Shown here: in pieces, positions 1 through 11,660 of the stretch
Layout of the letters: the number at the start of each line of letters is the position of its first letter
Numbering within the stretch: the first letter of the stretch is position 1
Origin: Heterodontus francisci
Lineage: Eukaryota
Reading direction: 5' to 3'
NCBI RefSeq assembly: GCF_036365525.1
Contig: NC_090404.1
Location: 10,106,001 to 10,170,000, forward strand
Length of the DNA stretch: 64,000 nucleotides
The notes under the pieces: generated by a model
Told to the model about the DNA's origin: nothing
Database searches by the model: none
The model's input: only the letters and a program-made list of their open reading frames with translations
Program-made: the position numbers and the translations under genes

Positions 1-199
1 TGACCCCCATACCCACATAGTAATGAGCTAAGTGGGAATTGTGAAGTAAATAAATAAACAGGTGGAATTGCCTTGAACCCGTTGCATTTCCTTGACTTTT
101 CTCCCTGAGCTGTGAATCACATTCAGAATAAAGACTCCTTTGTTATTGATAACAGCTGCGTATGGACAGTTTAATTTATGATGATTTCGATTGTTTGAC

Positions 200-345
200 A
201 AGCCCTTACATCGCCAGCTACCAATGGGTAGAGAAATCCCCAGTTTGCGATCCGTTTCCACAGCAGATGAAGCGTTTATTCTTGTGATATTCTCTCGCAT
301 TGCGTTAAGTCCTGATATACTGAGTTCCTAATACCAGTGCATGTC
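200..345 (-). pseudogene. Possible highly decayed TCR alpha/delta-type V remnant
   Basis: The minus strand reads DMHWY*ELSISGLNAMRENITRINASSAVETDRKLG. This loosely aligns to SMQWYRQ...KAVALKENEISGQYLAAADKSRKYG of the intact V at 30971-31263. No RSS or YYC found. Confidence 0.35.
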
Positions 346-665
346 ACACAGTCTGTCGCTATTAGAGTTAGCCGCAATGATCTGGGAGCCGGGGATAGAT
401 TTGCTGATCACCATATCGGTTCTAATTCACTAACTCCTAATTTTCAAAAGCTGATCTGAATTTTACGTGGCACTCCTTAATTATCAGGCAAGCGGATTTT
501 TAGAACTAATTTTCAGAGGGCTGGCTTAGGGTCACTAGCAATTCGAGAAATACACAGAAATAGAGAGAGAGAGAGACAGTAACAGGGCGGCAGAGAGTTA
601 CAGAGAGAGAGAGAGACATAGAGATTTTGAGAGTTACAGAGAGACAAAGAGAATGAAAGACAAAG

Positions 666-895
666 CCAGGAGTGGTGCAGTGGTTAGCACTGCAACCTCA
701 CAACTCCAGCGACTTGGGTTCAGTTCTGGGTGCTGCCCGTGCGGCGTTTGCACCGGCTGCTCCACTTCCATCGTAAATTTCCCCTAGTGTAGGTAGGTAG
801 TAAGGAATGTGGGATTAATGTAGGGTTAGTATAAATGGGTGGCTGTTGGTCGGCGCAGACTCGAAGGGCCTGTTTCCGTGCTGTATGATTCTACA
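666..895 (+). mobile_element. tRNA-derived SINE with CR1-type 3' tail (HE1-like shark SINE)
   Basis: A/B-box-like head ggtgcagtggttagcac...gggttcagttc and tail gaagggcctgtttccgtgctgtatgattcta; homologous copies at 55940-56250 and 63185-63500. Confidence 0.75.
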
Positions 896-1294
896 GCATG
901 TATAATGTAAATCGTACAACTGCAGCCATTCACACTGGAAATAGATACACTTTACTAATGTCCCGCATTTAGTTGCATAAATTAATTTTGAAAAATCATA
1001 TTATCAGGGATATTTTATTGGTATAGATTAATGGGATGGATAGCGAGAGACAGAGCAAATAGCAATGATTTTTGACCCTGATAACATCATTTAATCCCAG
1101 GCGTTGGCATCCTCCGTGTAGTGTTGAGGAAATAGAGGGGTTTAATTTTCAGTACACAACTATTTGCTATTGAACACGTTCTCAACTGCAACATCTCCAT
1201 TTATTACCAAGTAGCATGTTGCACTGAAACCATACAGTCAAATAACTATACCTGGATACAGATAAAAAGTTCACATTTAATAATAACCTGGTGT

Positions 1295-1415
1295 AATGAC
1301 ATGACTCCATTCTGTTGGTGATGTGGAAGATGGGACGTGGATCCAGTCACCGCCTCTATCAGGGAATCAATAGGCGGCGCCTGTAACCTCGCCCCCTTCT
1401 GCCGGGTATTTAAAT
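1295..1415 (+). promoter_or_regulatory. VH promoter (CRE/decamer-like TGACATGA, CTCF-like motif, TATA-like TATTTAAAT; no octamer seen)
   Basis: aatgacatga 1295-1304, tcaataggcggcgc 1367-1380, tatttaaat 1407-1415, about 90 bp upstream of the leader ATG. Confidence 0.55.
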
Positions 1416-1505
1416 GCCGGTCACTGGGACCGCAAGACAACAGTCCGGGAGCGGGTTTGCTCAGTGAGTTCTTGCCAGAACCATTTCCCCCGAATTACCA
1501 GAAGG

Positions 1506-1551
1506 ATGAGGTCGGCGATTTCTCTCAGTCTGTTACTGGTTTTCTTATCCA
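1506..1551 (+). CDS. IGHV: IgM VH leader exon (MRSAISLSLLLVFLS)
   Basis: Hydrophobic signal peptide of 46 nt (phase 1), followed by donor gtgagt. Confidence 0.93.
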
Positions 1552-1567
1552 GTGAGTAGTTTTTATT

Positions 1568-2096
1568 ATATAAAAACAAGAAATGCTGGAATCACTCAGC
1601 AGGTCTGGCAGCATCTGTGGAAAGAGAAGCAGAGTTAACGTTTCGGGTCAGTGACCCTTCTTCGGAACTGACAAATATTAGAAGAGATAACAAAGGAGAA
1701 GGTGTAGATTGGACCAGACCACATAGCTGACCAAAAGGTCACGGAGCAAAGGCAAACAATATGTTAATGGTGTGTTGAAAGACAAAGAATTACTACAGAT
1801 TAGGTGTAAATACACAGAATATTGAACAGCAGCAAGTGCAAACCTGAAAAAAAACAGTGGGTAAGCAAACTGAACAAACTAAGATGAAATGAAATAAATG
1901 CAAAAAAAAGATTGTAAAAAATGTAAAAAAGAATGTAAAAACAAGGAAGAAAAAATAACTAAAAATGAAAGTAAAATGGGGGGCTGTCATGCTCTGAAAT
2001 TATTGAACTCAATGTTCAGTCCGGCAGGCTGTAGTGTGCCTAATCGGTAGATGAGATACTGTTCCTCGAGCTTGCGTTGATGTTCACTGGAACACT
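1568..2096 (-). mobile_element. Penelope-like element 3' fragment in the VH leader intron
   Basis: The minus strand encodes a GIY-YIG-type C-terminus ([36 protein letters not shown]). 12-bp TSD gtagtttttatt at 1556-1567 and 2097-2108. Confidence 0.8.
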
Positions 2097-2217
2097 GTAG
2101 TTTTTATTGTCCGAGTCTCTCACTGTTATTGTCTCAGTGTTCGTCTCTCTCTGGAATGTTACAGAGTCAGGAATCATTTCACCAGGATTAATGCTCGGGG
2201 TTTTGATATTTTTACAG

Positions 2218-2537
2218 ATGCCCATTCTGATATCGTGTTGACTCAGCCAGAGGAAGAGACCGGGAAACCCGGAGGCTCCCTGAGACTGACCTGTAAAACC
2301 AGTGGGCTAAGTCTTAGCAACGCTTACATGCACTGGATCCGACAGGTTCCCGGGCAGAGCCTGAAGTGGCTGCTTTACTACCATACATCATCTGACAATG
2401 CTTACGTCCCAGAAATTAAAGATCGATTTACTGCTTCCAAAGACACTTCAAACAATATCTTCGCTTTGGACATGAAGAACCTGAAGACTGAAGACACCGC
2501 CATCTATTACTGTGCAAGACAGCACAGCAATAACTGG
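2218..2537 (+). CDS. IGHV: IgM VH exon pre-joined to D sequence (germline VD/VDD)
   Basis: Acceptor tttacag|AT; [22 protein letters not shown]...WIRQ...RFTASKDTS...DTAIYYCAR then QHSNNW; open frame with both Cys and the Trp intact. Confidence 0.95.
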
Positions 2538-2565
2538 CACAGCAGTTTCTGTCAATACAAAAAGT
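2538..2565 (+). other. 12-bp-spacer RSS (D 3' type) directly after the joined VD
   Basis: CACAGCA-gtttctgtcaat (12)-ACAAAAAGT; spacer and downstream flank match the D 3' RSS of the second cluster (46353-46380). Confidence 0.9.
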
Positions 2566-2891
2566 CTCTCAGCACTAATTGATGAGTCTGAGTCAGTGCT
2601 CGCTTTTACAATCCAACAATATAGACAGTGAAATACTATTTTTGTCCAACACTGTCCAACTAGCACGGTTTATTATGGATAAACTGATAATTATTCATTC
2701 ATTAGTTGGTGATTCCAATCATTGCTGATATGTTACTGCGTGAAATATAAATCGTCAGGGAAATTTAAAAAGGCTGAATAGAACCCATTAACACTGTTAT
2801 AATTTTATGAACAATCTTCATGATTTTATTTTGCCTCTGGGCTGTGGATATTTAAAATAATGTTGGGTTTCTCTCTATTCTGTGCAGAGCC

Positions 2892-2930
2892 GATTATTGT
2901 CTGACCCAGCCCAGGGAATGGAACACTGTG
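2892..2930 (-). other. JH 23-bp-spacer RSS
   Basis: gattattgt-23 nt-cactgtg immediately 5' of JH. Confidence 0.9.
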
Positions 2931-2977
2931 ACTATCTCAGTACTGGGGACAAGGGACCATGGTGACGGTGACTGCAG
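2931..2977 (+). CDS. IGHJ: JH segment (..QYWGQGTMVTVTA)
   Basis: WGxG motif and donor gtaaga. Confidence 0.95.
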
Positions 2978-3623
2978 GTAAGAAACATGCACTTATTCAG
3001 CAACTGTTTTATTTGTGTTTTTATTTTATATTTGTGTTTATTTAAATGATACATTCGTTCACTGAAATGTGGATTCGGTGGATTCTGTATTGAGATTTGT
3101 TGCAACGTTTCATGCGATTTTGCTGTAAAGAGAATAAAGAATTGAACAGTTTCTCCACAATCGGTGCTGTTAAGCGATTCAGCTCCTGGGTGATGTGATT
3201 TGATGTTGATTTGCTGATGAGATTGTGTGTCTGGGCTACTTTAAATACCTAACTTTTGTTAAACTGACATTCCTACAATGTTTAATCTTGGTGGCATTTA
3301 GTTGCCGCAGGGTTTATGATCTAATGCAAACATTAAGTGTTTTAGTATATTTGAAATAAGATAATAGGCATAAAGATTCAATGATCAAAAATAGCCTTAT
3401 AATATTGTGATCTATTTTTATTTGTCGCAGGTAAATTGTCGTCTATCAATCTACTGCTCACGAATGCGCCATATGTAACACAATACATTTTGATGTAATT
3501 AAGAGCTAAATAAATAACAAATTTGCAGCTTTGGTCAGATTTACATTAATATAACCTCACTTATTTTCATGCAGTGATATCAGCCAACATCAAAGAAATA
3601 TGCTCTAGTATCAATATTAATTT

Positions 3624-3750
3624 AGACTTCAGGCTTGCTAAGTTGTTGTTTTCCCTTACTTTGGTTATTCTTGTTCATTGTCCTGATGAGTGCAAGACAA
3701 ATAGCTTCGACAACATTTCTCTATTTCCAGCAAGTCTCAGAATTAATGTA
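3624..3750 (+). mobile_element. Short insertion, probably a Penelope-type terminus
   Basis: Absent from the homologous intron of cluster 2 (junction near 45208); contains ctgatgagtgcaagac. Confidence 0.5.
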
Positions 3751-6700
3751 TTAAACATGCTGTCTGCACTAACAATTATGCTACCACTATTTTATATTTC
3801 TGGTTATTTTAATAATTAGTTCGCTCAGAGACAGGCGAATTCTGTTTTGAGAGTTTTGTTTTGCCATGTTACATTTGATTCAGCTGAAAGTGTTTGTGGA
3901 ATTAAACTGCTTCTCCGTGAAACGCACGGAGGCGGGACTCAGTCCCTCAGCGATGTGATTTGGTGTTTATCTGCTGTGGAGAGTGTGTGTCTGTGTTACT
4001 TTCAATAAGTAAATTTGTGAAACTGTTTGGTGTTACTGCATTGTTTAATTACGGTGACATCGAGCGGCCGCAGCTTTTCTTTGGACAGAATGGAAACATT
4101 CTACGTGTTTAAAACTGTTTGAAAGACGATTGTAGCCGGAAATCTGTCAAGTTTCAGAAATGAGAAAAAAACATTTTAAGGTATTTCATGGCATTTTTTT
4201 TAGATTTAAGTGATTATTGCAGATTGCAGACTATTAAGCCACGATTTGCGACGCTCATTCAGTATGTGAAATGTTACTGCAATTGCAAAATACATCAATA
4301 ACAAGTTTGCAGATTGGAGAGTAAAGTTAATGTAGTTCAAACAATTATAATGCGGTAACATCTCCTCATATAAACCAAATATGCCTTAACATTAACATCG
4401 ATTTATTATTCATTAATCGCCTTTCACAATTCTGGTGTGCCATGCGCACGATTATCCTGACCAGAAAATGTTATGGGCCGGATACAATTTTTAATTATGC
4501 TTGAAATGATTTCAATGAGAATGTACTTATTCCAGCGCTCTGTTCAGTTTGATGAGCGCTTTTGAATTTTTTTTTTATATTCCTGATTAAAACAGATGAA
4601 TGACAGATTGTATTTACTTATAACTTCAATAGGAGTTGTAAATTGCAGTTTGTCAGTGTAATATATCTGTCCAGTTATTACATGCTTTACGTGAAGCCCA
4701 AACCATGTTCTTCCTTCAATGTCATTTGTTGTTGGATAGCGAGATAATTATCACTAATCTAATATTAACCATTTTCCTGAGACAAGAAGTCGCTGGTAGT
4801 CAAAGAATTGTTCATATGGTTTTATTTAAATTGCAAAAACTTGCAGACTCAGTAAGGCGAAAGACAGACAAATAACACCTTGAAATTCAAGCGGATTCAA
4901 TTAATTACAAAAGTGTTGAATTTAATAACAACATCCTGTCTCTCATAGCTGTTTTGCACACAGGATAGAATTATAGGCAAAGAACAGATTATACCTGAAA
5001 GTTATGCTTAATTCTTATTAAATATTAAATTGATCAACAAAATCTCGGCTACACTTGCTCATTAAGTTTCAAATGTCGCAGATAATCTTAAGAATTGTTC
5101 TCGTCCAATTCTGATCATTTTGGAGCTTCTTTCAATTAAAAAAAGACAATATATTTAACAACTAATGTACAGGGATTGTGTGAATTACGGGAGTAAAATA
5201 TGAAAACATTGTGTGATTAAATAGCGGCAGCACAGTTACTGATCGCAAACTGCCCGGATGTTTTTGATTTTATTCTTACATAGTTAAGATTTATGACAAT
5301 ATTTAAACACTGGAGTCCTGCTTTCACAAACAGGCTTGGAACTATTTAAAATATTCCGCTCTTAAATCCATCGTGTGAAATACTCGGCGAGAATAAACGA
5401 TGTTTATGATATATCAACGCATTCAAATGCATGTGCGATTTAAAAGTTTGTAGATGGAAAGCGGCGGGGGCGGGAGGCGGTGGTGGGGAGTGTAGGACTC
5501 ATTGTTCATTTTAAATTGTTGAACTGTGATTCGACTTAAGTAAAATCAACATATTTGAATGTTTTCATCTATGAATATGATGTTTATTATTTAATATTGA
5601 TGAAGTGTCATAATAATTTAATTAAAACCCAGTTATTTCACAAAGTGCCAGGCAGAAACAGGTCTTGAATTAATATTAACTATATTTTAAAGAATCCAAT
5701 ATAAAATCAGCCAACATGAATATCACCTAGAATATAACAGTGCTAATTCATTAAACATAAATGACAACCCACAATTGAGTAGTATACTTGGCAGGATTCC
5801 AATAAGTGCAAAATCTCAAGGGTTAGAGACAATTTTGAAGTCTAAAAATAATTTCGAGAACAATCCATTTTAACTCAGCTGTTCTCGGCTCAATAAGGTG
5901 CCGCCGCAGATTTTAATGATTTAACTTTGTGTATTCATTCAATTATTTTTCCTTTTTTGTAAAATTGTATTCTGATAATGCATCAAACCAGTGGGTAATC
6001 GGTTTGCAAAATAAATGTCTCCTGATTTTCTAAATTCTTACTCTGTCACTAAGTTCCTGTTACGGACATCAAATTTCCCTGAATGTGAATTGTTTTGATG
6101 AACTCATTTTAAGGGAAACTATATGTTTTAAGATTGCAGACACACAGGGAGAAACAATTGGAAGTCGAAGGGAATTTTTGAAATGAATATCAGTTGAATT
6201 TCAAAGAGCTTGCGGACTTGGATTAGTCGCAATTTAACAATTGATCAATTAGAATCAAACAGCTTCATTGAAATTGACAGATTGAATAGATCTATCTGCT
6301 TAGAGCCCGATTGTTGCCCTGTATGTGCCTATTCTGTTTCTGTGCGCCTGCTCACTGTGTGTGGAGACCAGGAGTCCTCCCGACTGATTGTAAAGCTTCG
6401 GGTTCAGTCTCCTGCATTACAGGGAGTGCCACTTGATCCATGTATTTAAGAAATTTGTATCTGTGAGAAAAGTGAAATTTTGACTTCAAGTTTGACGAGG
6501 TGTCTCAGCAAAGAGATCAGTACCCCAGTCTGTGACAATCAGAAATAACAGTTCAGAAACAGAACGGACAGACTGTAGAAGGAGATTTGGTCAGTTTGTG
6601 ACCTGTAATATACCTCCCTTGGGAATGTTTAATTGGGCAATGTAGACGAAACTTTACTGTAGATTTAATCCATGCTGTAACTGTCCTGAGACCATTTGAT

Positions 6701-8741
6701 GGGGACCATGTGGAGGGAGAAATTACTTTGTCTCTAAACCGGGTTGAACCTTCCATGAATGTATTTAATCAGATAGTGTAGAGGGAACTTTAATTTTATA
6801 TTGAACTAGCGCTGTTCTTGACCCAGAGTGTCAGTGCAGTATAGAGGTGGCTTTCCATGGAATATAACACTTGCGATGTCTGCCCTTACAGATCATGACA
6901 GGGCAGTACAGGGGGATCTTTACTGTTTAGCTTAACTGTCCTGTACCTGACCCGTGAATGTTTTCCTCACAATGTTCAAGGAACCTCGATTCGAATCTAA
7001 CTAATGAGCTGTGAGTTCTCCACCCAGATATACGAAAATAAATAGTTCCATTGCTCAAATGAAGCAACACAAATTATTCGATTAAACATTCATTCAAACC
7101 CAAATTTAAATGAATTAATAATATTTAAACACGTTAAGTATCAGATAATCATTGAATGAGATTGGCCTGATTTTGAGCGCACTTTCAGAACAAACAGTTT
7201 CAGGAAGTTGACTGTAACGCTCCAGAGAACAGCACCTGTTCTGATTTGATGGGAGGCTGGAAGTTCTTTTGACGATTTAAATAGAGACAGTCGAGACTCC
7301 CGCTCCCAATAACCATCATGATACTCTCATGTTTAAACCAGTATTTCGTTCAAGTATTTTCAAAAGGTAACAGGCAGTGATAAACTCTGGCGATATGTAG
7401 TCATTGGACTGGGTCACAGCAGAGGGCACAAAGCCACTGAAGTAAGCTTCTGTAAAACTTTTGAAGTGATACAGTTAACCCGCAATTAATGTCAATGATA
7501 ATAAGCTTTAAGTCTCTGACAGTATCTGATTGACTCCTTCGTATTAAATCCCTCAGATCCTCTTATTTTGAAAATCCTCTTTCATTAAAACAAGCAATGC
7601 AAATATGTCACTGAGATGTTCACATTTATGAAGCCTTTCCCCCCATTAAATTGGCAAGGACTAATTCTACTGATTCGGGTAGAATCATAGAATCTTCTCG
7701 CTCGTAATATGGACATTCAGCCCGTCATGCCCGTGTTAGCTCTCAAAGAGCTCTCCAATTTAATCCTACAAGTCAGTTTTTTCCCCACAACCATGCAAAT
7801 TTGTCCCTTTGAGGACATGTCAGGTTACCATGTGCATTCCAGATGCCCTTGCAGAGAGTCTGCAAGGACACGATAGGCCGAATTGCTTCCTGTTGCGCTG
7901 TAGCCATTCTATGCTTCTATGAAAACACCCTCTGTCTGGAAAGAAAGCTCCTTCCGCAACCACCACCCGCCCATGCACCAATTGTTTTGTCAGTTATTAA
8001 ATTTGTTACTGACCCACTTGCCAGAAGAAACAGTTTCTCCTTATCTGTTATATCAAAAAATCCCATAATTTTGAATATACCTATTTGGTAACCGTTTAAA
8101 TAGAACAATTCCGCTGTATTATCTCTCTACATAACTGAACTCCCTCATTCTGATATCATCCTGGTAAACCCCATCTGCACTCTCCCCAGGTCCTTGACAT
8201 CCTTCCGTAAGTGTGATGGCCAGAAATGTGCAAAAATACTCCAGCGTAATAAGTGATTTGTAAAGCTCTAATATGACTTCCTTGTTTTTTGTATTCAATG
8301 TTTCATTTTACAAGACCAAATATTCCATTCACTTTCGTAACCTCCTTCAAAACATTAAGAATATGCACCCAGGTGCCTCTACTTTTTAGCCCCCTTCAAA
8401 ATAGTACCATTTAGATTACATTAACTTTTCATGTTGTTCCTCAGAAAAGTGCAGCACTTCACATTTAACCACATTAAATTACATCTGCTCTGACCCTGAA
8501 CACTTCACCAGTCTGTCTATGTACTCCTGAACTCTGTTACTATCCTGCTCATTATTTGTTTTGTATCATCTTCGAACTTCGAAATTCTACTCCCCATACC
8601 CAAGTCCACGTCATCATATTTAACAAAAAAGCAATGACCCTACAACCGACCAAGGGGGATCACAATGCTCAATTCTTTCCAGTCAGGAAAGCATTAGTTC
8701 ACCGTCTCTCTCTGCTTCCTATACCTTAGCAGGTTACCACC

Positions 8742-8895
8742 ATCCCTTTAATCTAAAAGCAAAATACTGCGGATGCTGGAAATCTGAAATAAAAACAAGA
8801 AATGCTGGAATCACTCAGCAGGTCTGGCATCAGAGCAGATGCTGCCAGACCTGCTGAGTGGTTCCAGCATTTCTTGTTTTTATCCCTTTAATCTA
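8742..8895. mobile_element. Penelope-terminus insertion with internal inverted repeat
   Basis: aaaacaagaaatgctggaatcactcagcaggtctggca followed by its near reverse complement; 14-bp TSD atccctttaatcta. Confidence 0.75.
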
Positions 8896-11137
8896 TTAGC
8901 TTCTATTTTCCGAATGTTCTCGTGTGTGGTATGTTATCTAATGCCATTTGAAAGCCAATATGTCCAAATTTTGCGCCACCAACATCGACTATAGCTTTTA
9001 CATCATGTTGGTGACCGACCTTTTCAATATCTGAGCAATAAGCCTCAGGTGTTTGAATTATCCACACAAAACCAGAAGTGAGAGTTGACCATGTTAGCCA
9101 TAATACTTCAGTAATTTTTGTCCTTCTTTGCATGGAGCTACTGATATTCATTTGATGTATAATGTGTAAGTGATGTCAATATCAGATATTTATAGAAGAA
9201 CCTTATGCTGATGGTTACATTAAGGTCGGTGCAGGCAGCAACAAGAGGTGATTGTAACGACACAATCAGCAACACCAGTTCTCACTGGTGAGAGGTGGGA
9301 AGATACTTTGGAAAATTATATGGACCATTTAAAGAACATCATTCCAAATGACCGATTTTAGGAATAAAATTTAATTCGGATCATTAATTGACTTGTAGGG
9401 AGAAGCAAACTCGGGAGAGATCCAGTCAGCAGAATAGGATATAAAACAAATCACAATCCTCAAGGACCAAGAAGGGAAGAGATAGCTTAGAATCAATGCC
9501 GAGTTATCTAAAGCTTTAGTTCCAGAAACTCCATTGCGTAAAAATTCCCCTTTGAAATCTGTGCACTAAATGTCCATAGTCTAAAGGAGACTTCAACTAT
9601 TTACTGTAAAATTTCTTTATTGTTACGGGGAGATAGAAGATTAAAATGAAAACTGGTAGAGGTGTTTTGAATAATGAATGATTTTATTCAGAAATTCAGA
9701 AACCAATTTGCCCAGGTCAGTGAGTTAATCTGTAGAGGGCACTGATTTAAAATCAGCGTCAAATGAATGAAGAGAGTATGAATCTACTTTTCTACACGTT
9801 GTTACGATCTGGGATGTCCGATCAGAAAGAGGGCTGTAAACAGAATCAAAAATAGCTGGATAAAATGGAACTTTTGGAAAGAAGATTAGGAATTGGAAGA
9901 CCAGCGGGATTGCTGGAGTGATCTTTCACAGGCCTGATGGAGCGAATGGCCTTCTTCTCTGCAATCATTTCTATTATTTTATAATTGTGGGTCATGCTTT
10001 ATGAACACGCTAGGGTTTGTTTTACATGTATCATAGCAAGCAAATCGAACAATTAGAGTTGTGCGATGAGGGAAACTAAACGCACTGAGATTTGAACACA
10101 AAAACGGTTTGTATTCATATAGTCGCTTCAGCGTAGCAATACGTCCCAAGACGATTGCCAGGAGCGTAATAAGAGAAAATCTGACACTGCGTCGTATGAG
10201 GAGGTAGCATTTCAGTTCACCAAAAACTTGGTCAAAGACGGAGCTTTTAAAGCAACGTCTTACAAGGAACCCATGGATGACTTTTGATATCGTGGAATGG
10301 TCTGACTTTGCGCAGATGTGAAGAGGCGGATAGTAAAAGGATATCTGGAGATGCTCAGTGGGCATAACGTTGAAGGATCTAATATGAACATAGTTGGGAA
10401 TGAGGAAAATGTTCCTTAACAATGGTTCAAGAGCTGGAGGATGTCCACAATACAATATTGCGGCGTTCGTTCGGGATAAAGCCGCCTCATGGACAGACTG
10501 TCCCTTACAGACTGCTGACTTTTCTTTGGTGCAAGACTGGAATACATGAAGGCGTTTCACATCCAGTCACACAACCTAAAGAATCTCAAATGCCACTGTA
10601 GATTTTGATGGGAAATTACTTTGCCTGGTAGTCAAGTTTCAAGTTTTAAGCTGATTTTATAAGCATGCGTTACGATGGCACGTTTTAGGAGTAGTCGCTA
10701 GTTTTGGGTGGGTGATGGGGGCGGGGGGTGGGGACGGGTGGGGGAACCCAGCAGGCAATTTACAGACAATAAATCTCTAAAAACTGCAATTCGATAAATG
10801 CCAAGTGTTTTTATTTTGCATAGTGCTGTTGGTTTAGAAATAAATACTGGCCGAAATATCAGGGAAACTCTTTTTCCATTTTAATCCAATGAAAGGTACT
10901 TTTTAGAGATGACTTTTGTAATGTGTCAAGTCCTGAAAGATAGGTGTGTTCCTGATCAGGGCAACGACAGGCGATGATCACCGAATGATGGAACTGATAG
11001 AAGCTCAAATGCGGAGGCAGATTTTAATCAGAAAATAGTGGAATCAATTTCTAGCTGGAGTTAAATTTCAAGTGTTTGGTTACTTAATAATCATGAATCA
11101 CAGAGTCTAACTTGTTCAATCTGTCATTCTTTCCCAG

Positions 11138-11434
11138 CTACACCGTCTCCCCCCAACCTCTACGGCCTGTTCTCCTGCGAACAACCCAACACAGACGGCT
11201 CCGTGGCCTACGGCTGTTTGGCGATGGACTACATCCCCCAAATCACCAGCGTTTCCTGGAAGAAAGATAAAGAGCCGATCACCACTGGCTTGAAGACTTA
11301 CCCGTCAGTGCTGAACAAGAAGGGAACCTACACTCTGAGCAGCCTGTTAACCATCACCGAGTCAGAGGTGGGAAGCCGCAAAATCTACTGCGAGGTTCGA
11401 CGCGGAGAGTCAGTCTGGATCAAGGAAATTCCAG
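11138..11434 (+). CDS. IGHM: IgM CH1 exon
   Basis: ttcccag|; [32 protein letters not shown]...[17 protein letters not shown]; donor gttag. Confidence 0.96.
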
Positions 11435-11660
11435 GTTAGCATTGTAGAAACTGTGAAAAACAGAAAAGCTATAATGATCTTGTGTGGAGCTTTGGCTATA
11501 ATCACATTTAGAGTACCGTGTGCAAAGTTCTGATCCCTGGAAACTCCAGTTAGTGTCTGATTGACAGCAATGATCCTGTTAAAATATAAGAACAGTTTGC
11601 ATTAGTTATTAATTTCTTCTTCAAGAAATGTCTAACATGTATGTCTTGAATTTCGTAAAG

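Noticed and set aside
2523-2565. CACAGCA at 2523 as the VH 23-RSS heptamer
   Set aside because: The distance to the nonamer would be 27 nt. The 2538 heptamer gives an exact 12 spacer matching the paralogous D RSS.
9979-10560. 193-aa minus-strand ORF in the J-C intron
   Set aside because: No recognisable domain; appears to overlap decayed repeat fragments.
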